Shown: piece after piece, positions 1 through 11,630 of the stretch
Position numbering within the stretch: position 1 is the first letter of the stretch
Layout of the letters: every line of letters begins with the position of its first letter
Source of the DNA: Eukaryota sp. GEM-RC1
Taxonomy: Eukaryota
NCBI GenBank assembly: GCA_040285855.1
Contig: JAUFOQ010000001.1
Span: 1,550,001 to 1,614,000 of the forward strand
Length of the DNA: 64,000 nucleotides
Direction of reading: 5' to 3'
Notes under the pieces: generated by a model
Databases searched by the model: none
What the model saw: the letters and a program-made list of their open reading frames with translations, nothing else
Told to the model about the DNA's origin: nothing
Made by a program: the position numbers and the translations under genes

Positions 1-165
1 CAACAGTCTGTTTATGATATTATTGAACACCAAAGTTTTGGATAACAAAATGCCAAGTATTTATGTGAGTACTGAATTTGGTATTGAGGTACATATGTAT
101 TTTTACGCATAATTTTGAAGACACCTGTCGATACCAGAAATACTGTTCTGTTAGTGCTGAAATTA

Positions 166-209
166 TGTTAGTGCTGGAACAGTACCCTAAATAGACTTAC
201 GTTATTTCA
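166..209 (+). mobile_element. Relic of an LTR 5' end related to the 66-bp LTR of the gypsy element at 59269
   Basis: TGTTAGTGCTGGAACAGTACCCT (166-188) matches the minus-strand LTR start TGTTAGTACTGGAACAGTACCCT (59334-59312) at 22/23 nt, with weaker similarity to ~209. A partial duplicate TGTTAGTGCTGAAA is at 149-162. Confidence 0.6.
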
Positions 210-1283
210 TTTCATTTTGGATGAATTCGTTTGGGTTTAGCCTCAGTATTATTTACTTGTATTTTCTAATTCATATTTTTGAAACACGGATTTGCCGAAT
301 AAAGCATTAAACGAAGACAACACATGTAGCTATTCTATATAACTATGCATTCGGAAGACACAATCACCATCACAGTTGTTAACTTTGATTATTATTATTA
401 CAGTCCTTTGGATTAATAAAGCTTAGTGCTCAAACTTGATCTCAGTATTGAGCCAATTGCTCATTTAAATAAGTACTGTCAGCTGTGGTTGTCACTGAAT
501 CTGAAGATAGTGTTGTCATATATATATCGGTTTCAATTATGGGTTTAATCATTCGCATGTGTAATCACTTAACAGGCTAAGGAATGCGGTATTGTGGTAA
601 TTTGGTAGGTCTTATGTATTGTTTTTTAGGGATAAAATTATCCATCTATGCTGAACACAAATATAATTTCTGTTGATTGTCTTCAGAAACCGCACCTTCA
701 CTTACGCTGGACATAACATCTTAAACGGTCCAACAAGTGAGTACAAATTTGTATAAAAGATGAGAAACATTATATATCAACTTCAGTGCTGTTGTCAACC
801 ATGAATCAAAAACGCACGGTGTAATTACGTGCATGTAGATTTTGTAGTTTATCTATGTTTACCAGATTCAATAATAGAGATCTTACGATAGTTTCAATTT
901 CTGGTAAATGTGCTAATGAGTGGCACAAACACATATAAGTGATAATTCAATTTGATCTTCGTGTACCTACATTGTACATTGGTAGTAGACCTTAAATTAA
1001 ATCAGTATTTTTTGCAGTTCATTCACCTTCAGTGGTTGCTTTGGCTTTTAATGTTTATTACAAACTATAAGAAATCAAAGGCATGTTATGGTTCCAATGA
1101 AAGAACGATTACATTTGAGGATTGTTGTTGCTCATAAGGCTACATCAGATTAATTTGGGCAAACACAACATACGATGATGTCAACTGAATCTGTTGTTAC
1201 AAGAATGAAGAATTGAGGTGTGAAATCCGAATAAAATGTGAAACATAGATATAAATGGTTTTAAAATGAGCCTGATTCTATTA

Positions 1284-2786
1284 CTATACTCCATGAATTC
1301 TTCCTTCCTTGAAACTTCTCTTAGAACATTCCAACAATACATTGGTTGATTCATGGCGAAGACTAAACAGTACCTTGAGCTGTTTATGTAGAATTTTTCT
1401 AGCGTATAAATAGATACAAAACCACAGGATAGCAGCATAGACAATCATCATCCACGGAGTTAAAAGCCATCCGACGTCCATCAACCTTCGGTTTTTGAAA
1501 TAACCACACGGAAATGTAACAAACAACGAAGTAAACAAAAACATAAACACGTAGGAAAATGAAATAATGACTGGTGGGATGACACAACTTTTCCACTGAT
1601 CCTCATTATAAGTAGCTGAAGGTAAACGTGACCATTTCAAACGATGAAACAAGCATTTACCTTGAAGATAAACTAAAGGAAGGGATACCAAACCAAAAGT
1701 TGGAACATAGAATTGAGCTATTAAACTTAAAACATAGTAATAATGGACATTAGCTTGACTCAGAGGTAAGTCAAACAAAGGCTTTTCAAGCTTTGATGAT
1801 ATCCAATTATACCAAATGAAAGGAACAACAGCATCAAAGACAAATGTCAACAGAAATAAATACAAAATAACAGCACCAACAACTACAGGAAAACAGTCTG
1901 CATAGAAAAACAACAAACTTATAGGACTAGTTAATAAACATAACTTCAACGTTAACATAAACCACAATCTAAAAGAATCTCTCTTAGGTACAGGTACTTC
2001 AGAAGTATAATAGTACAACAACTTCTTACCAAGGAAATTAAATATACAAATCAAAAGCGGAACTTCAAGCAATATAAGTGGATGATCAGTGAAGAAGAGT
2101 CCACTAATCAGAGTTGACCTAATAATAAAATGGATAAGAATGAGTGAGGAAGCAGTAAATACTACAAGAGGAAACCAATCAATTTTGCCATCAAGATTTT
2201 CCGTTTGAGAAGGTATTGAGTCGTGAGTCTTGAGGCGTCGAGCAACTGTTGTTTGAAAGTATTCCGTATCTAACTTAGCGGTGTAGTTCCATTCAAAACT
2301 AAAAATAGCGTTGAGTAATTTGATACACTTGAGGTCATTAGATTTGTTACAAGTCCTCTTACTTTCAGCATAGATGGAAGCACAAAATATAATACCTATA
2401 GGAGGCCAAGAACAAAAAGCCAAAACATAAAATGAGTTTATGAGAGGCCATGTATCATCCCTGATATTTGTCGCAAGCAGAGTAATGAGAATTCCGTCGG
2501 TACTAAATGATGGTGACACCGAAATAACATCTAACATCGTCATAAACGATGAATATGTCATTATGAACAATAATAGGGTGAAATGGGCGTAGTGAGCAAA
2601 GAGACGCCCGTACATACCCCCATATACAGTGTTTGAAGTTGCAGCACTATAAACAAAGGCTATGACTCGAGCGATAGTGTCAGTTTCTAAATATGTGATG
2701 AAATCGGTTGTTGATTCGTCACTGGAAAGGGAACTAGAAGGCAAAGTAGATGACACCGATTGATATCGGGAGGATTGCATTGGCAT
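1284..2786 (-). CDS. Hypothetical multi-pass membrane protein (500 aa)
   Basis: Long uninterrupted ORF with a Ser-rich N-terminus and many hydrophobic stretches of ~20 aa. No family recognised. Confidence 0.7.
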   Translation of the reverse strand: MPMQSSRYQSVSSTLPSSSLSSDESTTDFITYLETDTIARVIAFVYSAATSNTVYGGMYGRLFAHYAHFTLLLFIMTYSSFMTMLDVISVSPSFSTDGILITLLATNIRDDTWPLINSFYVLAFCSWPPIGIIFCASIYAESKRTCNKSNDLKCIKLLNAIFSFEWNYTAKLDTEYFQTTVARRLKTHDSIPSQTENLDGKIDWFPLVVFTASSLILIHFIIRSTLISGLFFTDHPLILLEVPLLICIFNFLGKKLLYYYTSEVPVPKRDSFRLWFMLTLKLCLLTSPISLLFFYADCFPVVVGAVILYLFLLTFVFDAVVPFIWYNWISSKLEKPLFDLPLSQANVHYYYVLSLIAQFYVPTFGLVSLPLVYLQGKCLFHRLKWSRLPSATYNEDQWKSCVIPPVIISFSYVFMFLFTSLFVTFPCGYFKNRRLMDVGWLLTPWMMIVYAAILWFCIYLYARKILHKQLKVLFSLRHESTNVLLECSKRSFKEGRIHGV

Positions 2787-2869
2787 AAAGAAAGTATCAC
2801 CGATGTAGATCTATGCTTATAGTAAAGATTTGAAACCATGACTTAACAAGCATTTTGACCGCATGTACA

Positions 2870-3760
2870 TGTAGTTTCTTCTCAAAACTCCAATGCCCTT
2901 CTTCTCTGTGAAGCGATTTAATGACCACTACCTATATCTATCATATCTACGCCGTTTAGGAGAGCAACACTCCTCCTGTCTTTTTTAGCGTGTTCACTGC
3001 TGCTACGTAATCTCATTCCCCTTGATCCGTAGTATTGATCGGCGGTGATACGTCTTCATCTAGATCTTCTACGATGTTAACTCTTACCGTCAGCGTGGTG
3101 ACGTCATCAGTAACAACGCTCCAACAGATCCATTGTCTGTTACATCTCCGTAACGTGTTGTTGTTGTTTCCCCCTCTTCCCTCTATCGTTTTCTTGTCAT
3201 GATCTCCGTCGTCCTCGCTTGGTTCTTTACTCTCCTCATTCTCTCATTCTTATGATTACGTGTGCTTAGGTTTATACTCAACTGATGTGTTCTACTTCTT
3301 ACCCTTGTAGTTTCCACAGTTACTTAGTATGAGTTAACTAAGTCTAACTTCACCTGGAGTAGGTATCTGCTTACCTGTTGTCTTCACCACATCTACTCTA
3401 ACTGTTTCTGGTCTTTTCTCTTTTCCCTCAGCTTTATCTTACAACCACCCTTCTTCTAACAGATGACATCTTCCAACAATGTGTTAGACTTCTCCACGTC
3501 TTAGTGAAACACTTTTAGAATGGATGTCTATATATCTTTCAATGTTTTGTATTCTTTGATATTCTTCTTACTAAGAATGGCTCATCACATGATCTTGATT
3601 TTAAGTGGTTTAGTCATGTTTTTTTTTGAACTCTTATTTTTCTGTACTAGTTTGGTTTGTTTTGTGTGTAGTTCTATTCTGTGGAGGAAGGAATTTTCGC
3701 TACTCAGAATTTCACATTTTCAAAACCTTTTAATTTTCAACAATGATTTTGTGGAGCAGA
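2870..3760 (-). mobile_element. Degenerate 3' end of an LTR retrotransposon: candidate ~574-bp LTR (2870-3443), PPT and decayed integrase tail
   Basis: Segment bounded by TGTA...TACA. On the minus strand it is preceded by purine-rich AGAAGAAGGGTGGT. Broken frames upstream read LKSRSCDEPFLVRRI (GPF-like) and LLEDVIC*KKGG. No second LTR or TSD seen; the 3760 boundary is approximate. Confidence 0.4.
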
Positions 3761-4021
3761 AGTAACTCCAAGTAAAGGTCTTTGTTGAAAGTGTCGAATG
3801 ATGTTAGAGAAGTATTTTTTAGCGTACGTATTAAAGGTTCGAAAAAGATGCTGTTTGTTATAATGAACGGAAATTATCAAAAAGTTATATTTTTTTGTGT
3901 ATACCCTAGTACTTTGCTATCAGAAGCTCAAGAGTTTTTTTGAAGGATAAGGAGAATCGACTATTAAGAGCTAGAGCTAGTTATACAAATGGCTGACACA
4001 ATTTAGATGACGTGACGACAT

Positions 4022-4219
4022 CTAATAGTGTGAGATTATTGATTGGATTGGGTAGTTTTGGGCTGCGACAGAAAGGTCTTTGGAGTTTTGTTTCGGAAAC
4101 AGAGGAAGCACTTTCAAACAAGATGTGTGTTGATTAAGACAGATGACAGTTGGAGTGTGATCTTTACCTTCAAAGGTCTCTTCACATATTTTGCACTGGA
4201 TGATGTTGGATAGGGACAT
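4022..4219 (-). pseudogene. RING-finger protein remnant
   Basis: CKIC-x14-CLNQHTSC, continued after frameshifts by KC and PFCR, giving a RING-like Cys/His pattern. Confidence 0.5.
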
Positions 4220-4299
4220 GATTTAAAGGATATAAGTGTGGTCGCTTAATGACACTCAAAGTAATCGTTTTTTTTGAAAAAGAAATGTTTATTCTATTG

Positions 4300-5279
4300 T
4301 AACTGTATGTTTTTTTAAAAGACCAAGTGTTATTGTCTGGGGTGGAGTTTAATCTATTAGTCACTTCTTTACAAGCCAATTTGAGCTCAATCAACTTGGA
4401 AATAGACTGATAATTGGAAAAAATCTAGAACATTTGAAATACTGAATTCGAATTCAATTAGTTTGGCGTTGACCAATTCCCAACAAACAAACCAAATCAG
4501 ACACACTTTTTTACTAAAATACATATTATTCAACAGTGCAGGGCAATAGACGCCTTGTAAATCAAGTTCAAGACGTGGGCAACACATCTGCGATGAAACA
4601 CTTCGAAACGATTCAATGCATTGATCATATTTGATGCATTGTCTGATGTCACTGATAGAACAGGCAACAAAAGGTCTGCAACAACCTCATCTAGTGTTAC
4701 ACTTTTAACTGATAAACAGTATGAATCACAGGCACTGGCGATAGCTTCAGAAATTGCTTCTCCTGCGTGAGGACTCTTGACTTCAACAATGTCTGCAAAC
4801 ATTGATTTCAGTTGAAAACAGGAATTAATGAAGTGTAATGTAACTCCTAAAAAAGACCGGTGGTTTTTGGAAGTCCACAAATCGACTGTTAGAGAAACAG
4901 TTATGGCTTCAGTGTGATACCTAAGTATGGGAAAGGGAATAAAAGTTGTTTATGTTATGAAATTATAATACTTGATACTACAGTATACAATTACCTTTGG
5001 CTAACAATTGCTAAGTGCAGGGCCTATGTTTTCCCGATAAAGTTTACTATAACAAGAAAATTGTTGTCGCTGACAAGTTCTTGGACTCATAAAAAATGAT
5101 TTCAGCGCTGCAAAGAAACTTAAGTAAACGTCTAAAGGAGGGACTTTCAACTTGAGAGGAAGGATGATTTCACTAACAATGTAGTTTAAGATAAGCTTCT
5201 TAGCTACATCCAGTTGGGCCTCGGACATAACCCCACTATTCTTTGGAGGAACTGAAAGCTGAGGTTGACTACATACCAA
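4300..5279 (-). mobile_element. hAT-superfamily transposase relic
   Basis: DLWTSKNHRSFLGVTLHFI (first catalytic D), VTSDNASNM (second D) and RCVAHVLNL (CxxH), all typical of hAT transposases. Broken by stops and frameshifts; element ends not found. Confidence 0.8.
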
Positions 5280-5884
5280 ACTTTAGAGGTCTGTAGTCTG
5301 GTCGGTCTGGTCTTTTGCCCATCACTAGCGACGTGTGTTGTTTTGATGATTTCAAGTTTCTGTTGTTTTGTTCATTACACTTACAATAAACTAAAATACA
5401 GAAAAACAATTATTATTTAATGGATAAAACAGATTGTGATATGAGAATAATGTCGAACATTCAAAGATGTGCACTGTAAATAGTTTTACACTATAAAAAT
5501 TGTGACTCTATAGACATAATCAACTTCAACCAGTAGTTTAATATTCATTTCGACACACGAAACTTTTGATTTCGAAATTGTAATTATAAACAGAAACTAA
5601 AATTGTGATATCATGAAAATACACTCTAAAAATCTTTAAACAGACTTATTATCATACAAGGAAATCACGACTAGAAAATGACTAAATTGTTCATTGTAAC
5701 AATACTTTTATGGAACTCTAGAACGAACTGCAGAACAACGTCACAGTGTAGGTCGAGGGACCCGTGCTTAAACGAAACCAAACGCTGCAACGATCGGTCA
5801 TGAAGAGACATGAGTGTAGTCCTTAAAGCTAGGTCATAGGAAAAACAAAAAATAATAGAATTATACATAGAGTTTATTTGGGTT

Positions 5885-5958
5885 ATAGTCTCACTGACAA
5901 AATTCAAAGGTCAATTTTAGAATTAGTCTCACTGAGACTAAATTGCTGATGAGACTAA
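5885..5958. repeat. Cluster of TAGTCTCA motifs in both orientations, including the hairpin TTAGTCTCA-C-TGAGACTAA
   Basis: Four copies of the motif seen directly. Could be subterminal repeats of the hAT relic (inference). Confidence 0.45.
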
Positions 5959-6137
5959 TGTAGTAGTATCCATATCCCTCCTAGTCAATCCACTATCTTA
6001 TGATTTCCTCATTTCTTGTGTAACCGGGCCTTTATACTACAACTCCTCTTGTAAACTGCGCATGTCATATCTCATCGTATTCTATTGATTTTCATGTCCG
6101 TCTCCATCCCCCGCTAAAACTCTTTCTCTTATCCTCA

Positions 6138-6696
6138 ATGAACGTATCTCGTGTAACCCAACCGTATCATTCAAAAAAAGGCGGGAAATCCATCGAAGTG
6201 AAGAAATCTGTTCTTGCTGCTCATTCCACGTACTTCCGATCCCTCTAGTTCCTGGAGTTTGGGGATAGACTTGAGAACCCCATCGACTTCTCCCAACTTC
6301 CCTTAAGTTCCGACAACTTCTTCCTCTTCATCAAGTCCTTCTATGAACGAGAATTCACCCTCAACGAGAGCAATGCCTACGACTTCTTTTACCTCGTCCA
6401 CTACTTCCAAGTGGACACCCTGAATTGGTCACGTTGAAAACCACCTCAACAGTCATCTCGTAACCTGGGCTTGGTTACTATCATTCATTAAAGAAGCAGA
6501 TGAAAGAAATGACTTGAGAGCTTTGGAATTCGATGGTCCTTTCTTTTCTAAGATTGATGACCTGTTGATTGATGACGTGATGGCAATTAATACTGAAGAG
6601 TTTGAAAAACTTTCCATGTATTCCACTTACTCTCAATCTCAGCCATTGTTTATAACATCAATGATAGAATCAAATGGAATCACCCTGTTGAGTTGA
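6138..6696 (+). pseudogene. BTB/POZ-domain protein pseudogene (5' part)
   Basis: From ATG 6138 the frame reads KSVLAAHSTYFRSL*FLEFGD...LNESNAYDFFYLVHYFQVDTL, a BTB signature. In-frame TAG at 6246-6248 and a frameshift near 6425. Confidence 0.75.
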
Positions 6697-6864
6697 ATCA
6701 ATTTTTAAATAAATTGAATTTTTGTTCAATTGAAGTATTTATTTAGGACCAAATCGGATATTGATTGTTCTTTTAAAAGATGTTAAAGAAGAAATATTCC
6801 CTTTTAATTTTGTTTTGTTTGGCTTAATAACGGATAACCATGATTTAAAGACAGAAGTTTCTAC

Positions 6865-7551
6865 CAGGGGTGGGAAAACAATATTGCAATAAATATAAAT
6901 ATTTTTTAGCCACAAAATAAATATTGCAATTCTGAAATAGTGCCAATAAATATTGCAGTTATTGGACCAATATTGCAATATTGCAATAATGCAACAATAT
7001 GGATCATATTATGTAATTATTACAAAAAACTCACATATTCTGTTGTTCGTCATCATCAGAACTTTCCGATATAATCTCAATACCATTTAACAAAGAGGGG
7101 TGTAGTATCAGGGCATTTTCTGCACATTCAGGCAGTTTTTCCTTCGGGAGTATTGCTTGGTTGAGGATCCAACTTCGTATAGTAGAATAGTGCTGTTTCT
7201 TTGGGCTTCGTCATTAGAAGTAGTTATGACAGTGTAGAATCAGAAGTGTGAGGGAAAGAATTTACATTGTACTTCTAGTTAACAGTCGAACTGAGCTCAA
7301 ATGACAGACAATATGACAATACAGCAACTAGAAATCATTACCAATAAAGCAACTCTCACTATATTTAAACACAAAAGACAACAAAAATGGTTTTGGAAGT
7401 TCAAATGGTGATGCAAAACAACGAAATGAACAATTCGAAGTATATTGACCAATATTGCAATATTGCAATAATTAACCGGTGTAACAATAAATATTGCTCC
7501 ACCTCAAAGAGCGGACATAAATATTGGAGCAATATTGTTTTCCCACCCCTG
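6865..7551. mobile_element. Non-autonomous hAT-type element (MITE), 687 bp
   Basis: Perfect 23-bp TIRs CAGGGGTGGGAAAACAATATTGC (6865-6887 and 7529-7551). Exact 8-bp TSD GTTTCTAC (6857-6864, 7552-7559). Many subterminal AATATTG(C) repeats; no transposase ORF. Confidence 0.95.
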
Positions 7552-7993
7552 GTTTCTACCCTATTTCAGCAATCAGTTCGTAAACATTTTATTCAACTAC
7601 ATTTACTTTCCTCTCTCTTTATAGTCTGATGTATAGAAATTTTTCCCATGATTAGAATGTTGGAATTTAAGTTCAATAATCGTAATAGATTAATGTATAG
7701 AAATTACAAACATCTCTATTTCTCTCTATCTAGTTTATCTGTCTTTGGTTGTTATTCAATGGTATTTCGCTATTTTTCTGTCCTATTTATGGTATCTGAA
7801 CACGATAATGAAAGTAAATTTCGTTATCTTTTCCTCCAGAATACACTCGTAAGTAACCAAGTATTCCTAGATGTAAGCTCTCTTTCACAAATGAAAGAGA
7901 GCTATGATATCAAGATGGGACAGCCTACTTGGCTACTCAAGGTATGAAGAATTTCTCCAGGAAGAAACTGGCTTGAAGTCGTTGGATACTTGA

Positions 7994-8585
7994 CTATGAA
8001 AACTTGAATGATGTGAAAGATTGCTTGATCAAAAGAAATGTCAAAATCTTGAAAGCGATCACGTGGAAGATGACACACGTGCTGTCTTTGTCCCGGTACT
8101 CAAGAAGCTTGGATTCATAACCCCTAATTTGAGGCTCAGAAATCTTCAAGGAAGCAAGCAGATCTCTATCCAGACATTTCGAAAGAGGAAGTGAACCAAT
8201 GACGGACTGATACCTTCCAACTTCCTGAAGAAACACTGTCAACTCAAGAGAGTGACTATATGGTTCATTACAAAATGGACATTATTAGTAGTAGTATCAG
8301 CAGTTGATTTAATAACATTCAGATTGCTGATAGGTCGGTAAAACGTATGATGTAATCGTATAAGCGGAGTAAAGGTTCACGGATTTTGGGATTCATAGAT
8401 AGACGAGAGATGAGTTTATCGGCAAGAACCTCATCATGAATTAGCGAATTGGAATAAATCCAAGCTAAAAGTTCTTGGTCATCCTGGGCAGCAGCAGGAC
8501 AGAACAGAGGTAATGCTTGAAGCAAACGGGGATGGACGTACTTCCGGATTTCAGGAGTCAGGAATTTCAGAGCAGGAGGTAACAT
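7994..8585 (-). pseudogene. Possible retroelement gag-like remnant (two broken ORFs)
   Basis: Helical-looking fragments (FLQEVGRYQSVIGSLPLSKCLDRDLL; RLSMNPKIREPLLRLYDYIIRF) that resemble protist gypsy Gag by impression only. Confidence 0.25.
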
Positions 8586-9299
8586 GGTGGCGGATGGTGG
8601 AAGAATTAATGCGATGATAACGTTGTGTCGCGGAGAACTTTTTGTTGAATAACCATCAATTGATATCTAAGCCAAAGACATCAGAATACTAGAACTAAAG
8701 TTTGTTGATATCACATTTTCAATTTTGTGCTGAATATGGAGACTATGGCGGGTGAACAGAGGCTTCCGATTTGGCCCAGTGTAAGTGTACGGGACTTGTC
8801 TGGCCCTTGTGAAAAGTTCTGTAAGGCTTGCTTAAAAAGAGGAGTGTTGGCGAATGAAAAGGGTTTACCACATGTGATGGGGATTTTTCGATTTCTATGG
8901 AAGTATATACTGGGTTGCTTCCGTAAACAGTTTTCTTTAAAGACCAGAAAATGACGATCTGTTGTAGAAACAGAGAGATTTTTTGTAGATGATTACGTAT
9001 TATTGTTATTAACAGACACCTATTTGCCCAAAAACAAGTCAATGTCACGTTCTGCTTACTAGTACGTAGGAGACCCACCTCGAGGAGGTTACTCAACATC
9101 TTCTGCATTTTGAGTATCAAGAACAGTATTAATCCAATGTATTTATAGATATTCTGTGAACCCAAAAGCATTTAGAACGTGATTGACCTTGAATTTGCTC
9201 TGACGTCAGAGGATGAGTAGCCTCAACATTAACTGTTGATGTATCTAGGTGAAACACCGATCATGTAGTGCTTTAAGCTTTTGATTCTTTACAACAAGA

Positions 9300-9592
9300 T
9301 GTATAGAAAGCTGTATCATACATTTTGACCTGTAATCTAGCATTGTTTTTTAAGAGACAAACTAATTTTAAAGATCAAACTAACAAATAGTGGGAGCTTG
9401 ACAAATTATCAATGAGGGCTTTGAGACTTGTAAAGACTCGGTAAGCTTTGTTGGCTAAAAATGTACTTCATCTCGGTAACATCACCTGATGGTTAATAAC
9501 TTAGATTATTATTTTTAAGTCTTACGATGAATAAAAATCTGTTTGTTTGGCAAATACATTGGAAGTGAAGGTGAAATACATTACCGCATTAG
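9300..9592 (+). pseudogene. Diverged LRR-gene segment upstream of the gypsy insertion
   Basis: Aligns by eye to the pre-LRR/LRR part of the array units (e.g. ~39770-40040: CTGTAATCYAGCATTGTTTTT, GGCTTTGAGACTTG, TAACATCACCTGA, TCTGTTTGTTTGG, TGGAAGTGAAG). Confidence 0.7.
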
Positions 9593-9677
9593 TGTAGATT
9601 ATCATAGTATGAGAATCATAGATTATAAACCATCTTAATTTCACTTCTTGTATGTCCGTACCTTACATAAAGCATCA
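9593..9677 (+). repeat. 5' LTR of element 1 (85 bp)
   Basis: TGTAGATTATC...AAAGCATCA, identical to 15180-15264. Confidence 0.95.
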
Positions 9678-9909
9678 ATACGTATTGGCGATAAAAAGCC
9701 GACGTGAAACTAACTACAGATCCCAGATCTCCTCCCATCATTAACATACATGATGAAGACCTCTCTTGGGAAGGACGTCCCTCCTGAAAAGAAGGTGAGA
9801 ATTCAAACCCTCCTCCTCTATCCGAGGACAAACAGAACGAGAATGCTCTTCTCAATCCTAACGACGAGAGTATCCCTCTCGCTCGTTGTCAGAAAAAGAC
9901 AAACGGATA

Positions 9910-10500
9910 GAAGTATCCCTTCTGATCCACTTTTCTTGACTAACCCATCTAAGAAACCCTTCAAGAAGGTCAAGGACCAGAGAAACTCCTCCTGCTCCTG
10001 GTCAAAGGAACATCCTTCCTCAAAACCAAACCCACATAAGGGTGTAATAATGTCTATTGACATCAATGTCATTAGTTACTCAACCAGTGTTTAGAAGTCC
10101 AATAAGAAATGCTCTTATGCGAAACCTCGGTTGGAAGCATCCCTTCTGATTCACCATTCTCGACTACAAATCCTTCGAGGACATCCTCCAAGAAGGTTAA
10201 GGACAAGTTTATCCCGCCTGCTCCTGGACAAAAGGATCATCATCCCTTGACTCTAAAACCCTCCCCTTTTTCTAAAAATGGAAGATAAAAACTTCCAGTA
10301 AAGAAACAGAAACCCAATGGAGTATCCCTCCATAACAAATTCTGAAGAAACCTCTCCTGCAAAGGATGATGGATTCCCTAACTCTTCTTATAAAAAACCA
10401 ATGGAGTATCCCTCCATAACATAATTCTGAAGAAACCTCTCCTGAAAAGGATGACGGAACCCTTCACCCCTCTCCTGAAAAGGATGATGGATCCCATAAC
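9910..10500 (+). repeat. Imperfect internal duplications in the gag-position region of element 1
   Basis: ~9910-10030 resembles ~10134-10260, and ~10311-10378 resembles ~10395-10460, followed by short CTCTCCTGAAAAGGATGA repeats. Confidence 0.75.
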
Positions 10501-11109
10501 TCCTCTCATGGAAAACCAATGAACACCCTTCACAATTTTTTCCTCTTCTACATGAATGATGGAACCTCTTTCCGTGATGAGTGAAACCAAGTTCAAGGTC
10601 ATCAAGCCTTCCTGGCTGATGATAAAATAATCCCTTTCTCATTGAAAAATGATGCAGGACTCCAACCCGAACTATGTTTCAGATTTTTGCTATAAAACAA
10701 GCTCAAATGATTCAACCAATTTCATCCCGATGAAGCAGACAAAACTCTTACAATGTCTCTCTGTTGATGACCGGTTTCGATATCCCATAGCTCTAGCATA
10801 ATCTTCCCCCTCAAATTCCATTTTTTGTCAGTCAACCCCATAAAAAATACTGTGTTTAATACCAGTTTCGACTGTTCAATGATATATTTTGTTGTTTTTA
10901 CGACGTCCAATCCAGTTTGAAACCCATTCATTGTTCGCAATAATGAAATTCCGTTTTTCAATGACAACCATGACTTTCAGTCTAATTCCAACCAACTTTG
11001 GTATCCCCATCGTCAACAACTCGATCTTTTCTACAAAGATATGAGTCCCTTCAGATTACAACAATGGTTTACCTAACATCAGGTATTCCAAAGTTCCAAA
11101 CCCTTCTTT

Positions 11110-11291
11110 GACATCATGTTGAATCCCAACACACTGTTACTCGCTGATAGTGATACAAACTTCGTCAACGACAATTTGTTGAATCCCAACACATCGTTAC
11201 TATCTGATAGTGATACAAACTTCGTCAATGACAACATGTTGAATCCCAACACATTGTTACTCGCTGATAGTGATATACACTCCGTCAATGA
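11110..11291 (+). repeat. 3 x 60-bp tandem repeat encoding (M/L)LNPNTLLLADSDTNFVNDN
   Basis: Directly visible 60-bp periodicity; reading frame preserved. Confidence 0.95.
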
Positions 11292-11630
11292 TCCAATCGA
11301 CAAATCCGTCGCACCATTTGAAGTAAAAAACCCCTCCAGTCCCCAGAAGCATAACAGACCTTCTAACTCTACAACTCACAAGTTCAGTAGTAATGGCGCC
11401 CCAAATGTATGAAAATACTGTATGGAACCAATACACCCCACTGACATGTATTCATTTCCGAACTGTAAATCGTCACCCCTGTAACTGGTAGTGCAGGAAA
11501 TCGTAAGCGTAGGATCTCACCCTGTAGAATCAATAAATCCGATCATAATCCGATCTTTATTGACACCTCACCATCTGTTTCCACACTCAACAATCCTATC
11601 AGCGAAATCCTCAACGATACACACAGGATT

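Noticed and set aside
6739..7629. ORFs at 6739-6978 and 7387-7629 sharing NIVFPPLV
   Set aside because: Both are translations of the MITE terminal inverted repeat.
9750..10094. 114-aa ORF as gag
   Set aside because: Short and low-complexity, with no capsid motif I can recognise.
11110..11291. CRISPR-like array
   Set aside because: Contiguous 60-bp tandem repeat without spacers.
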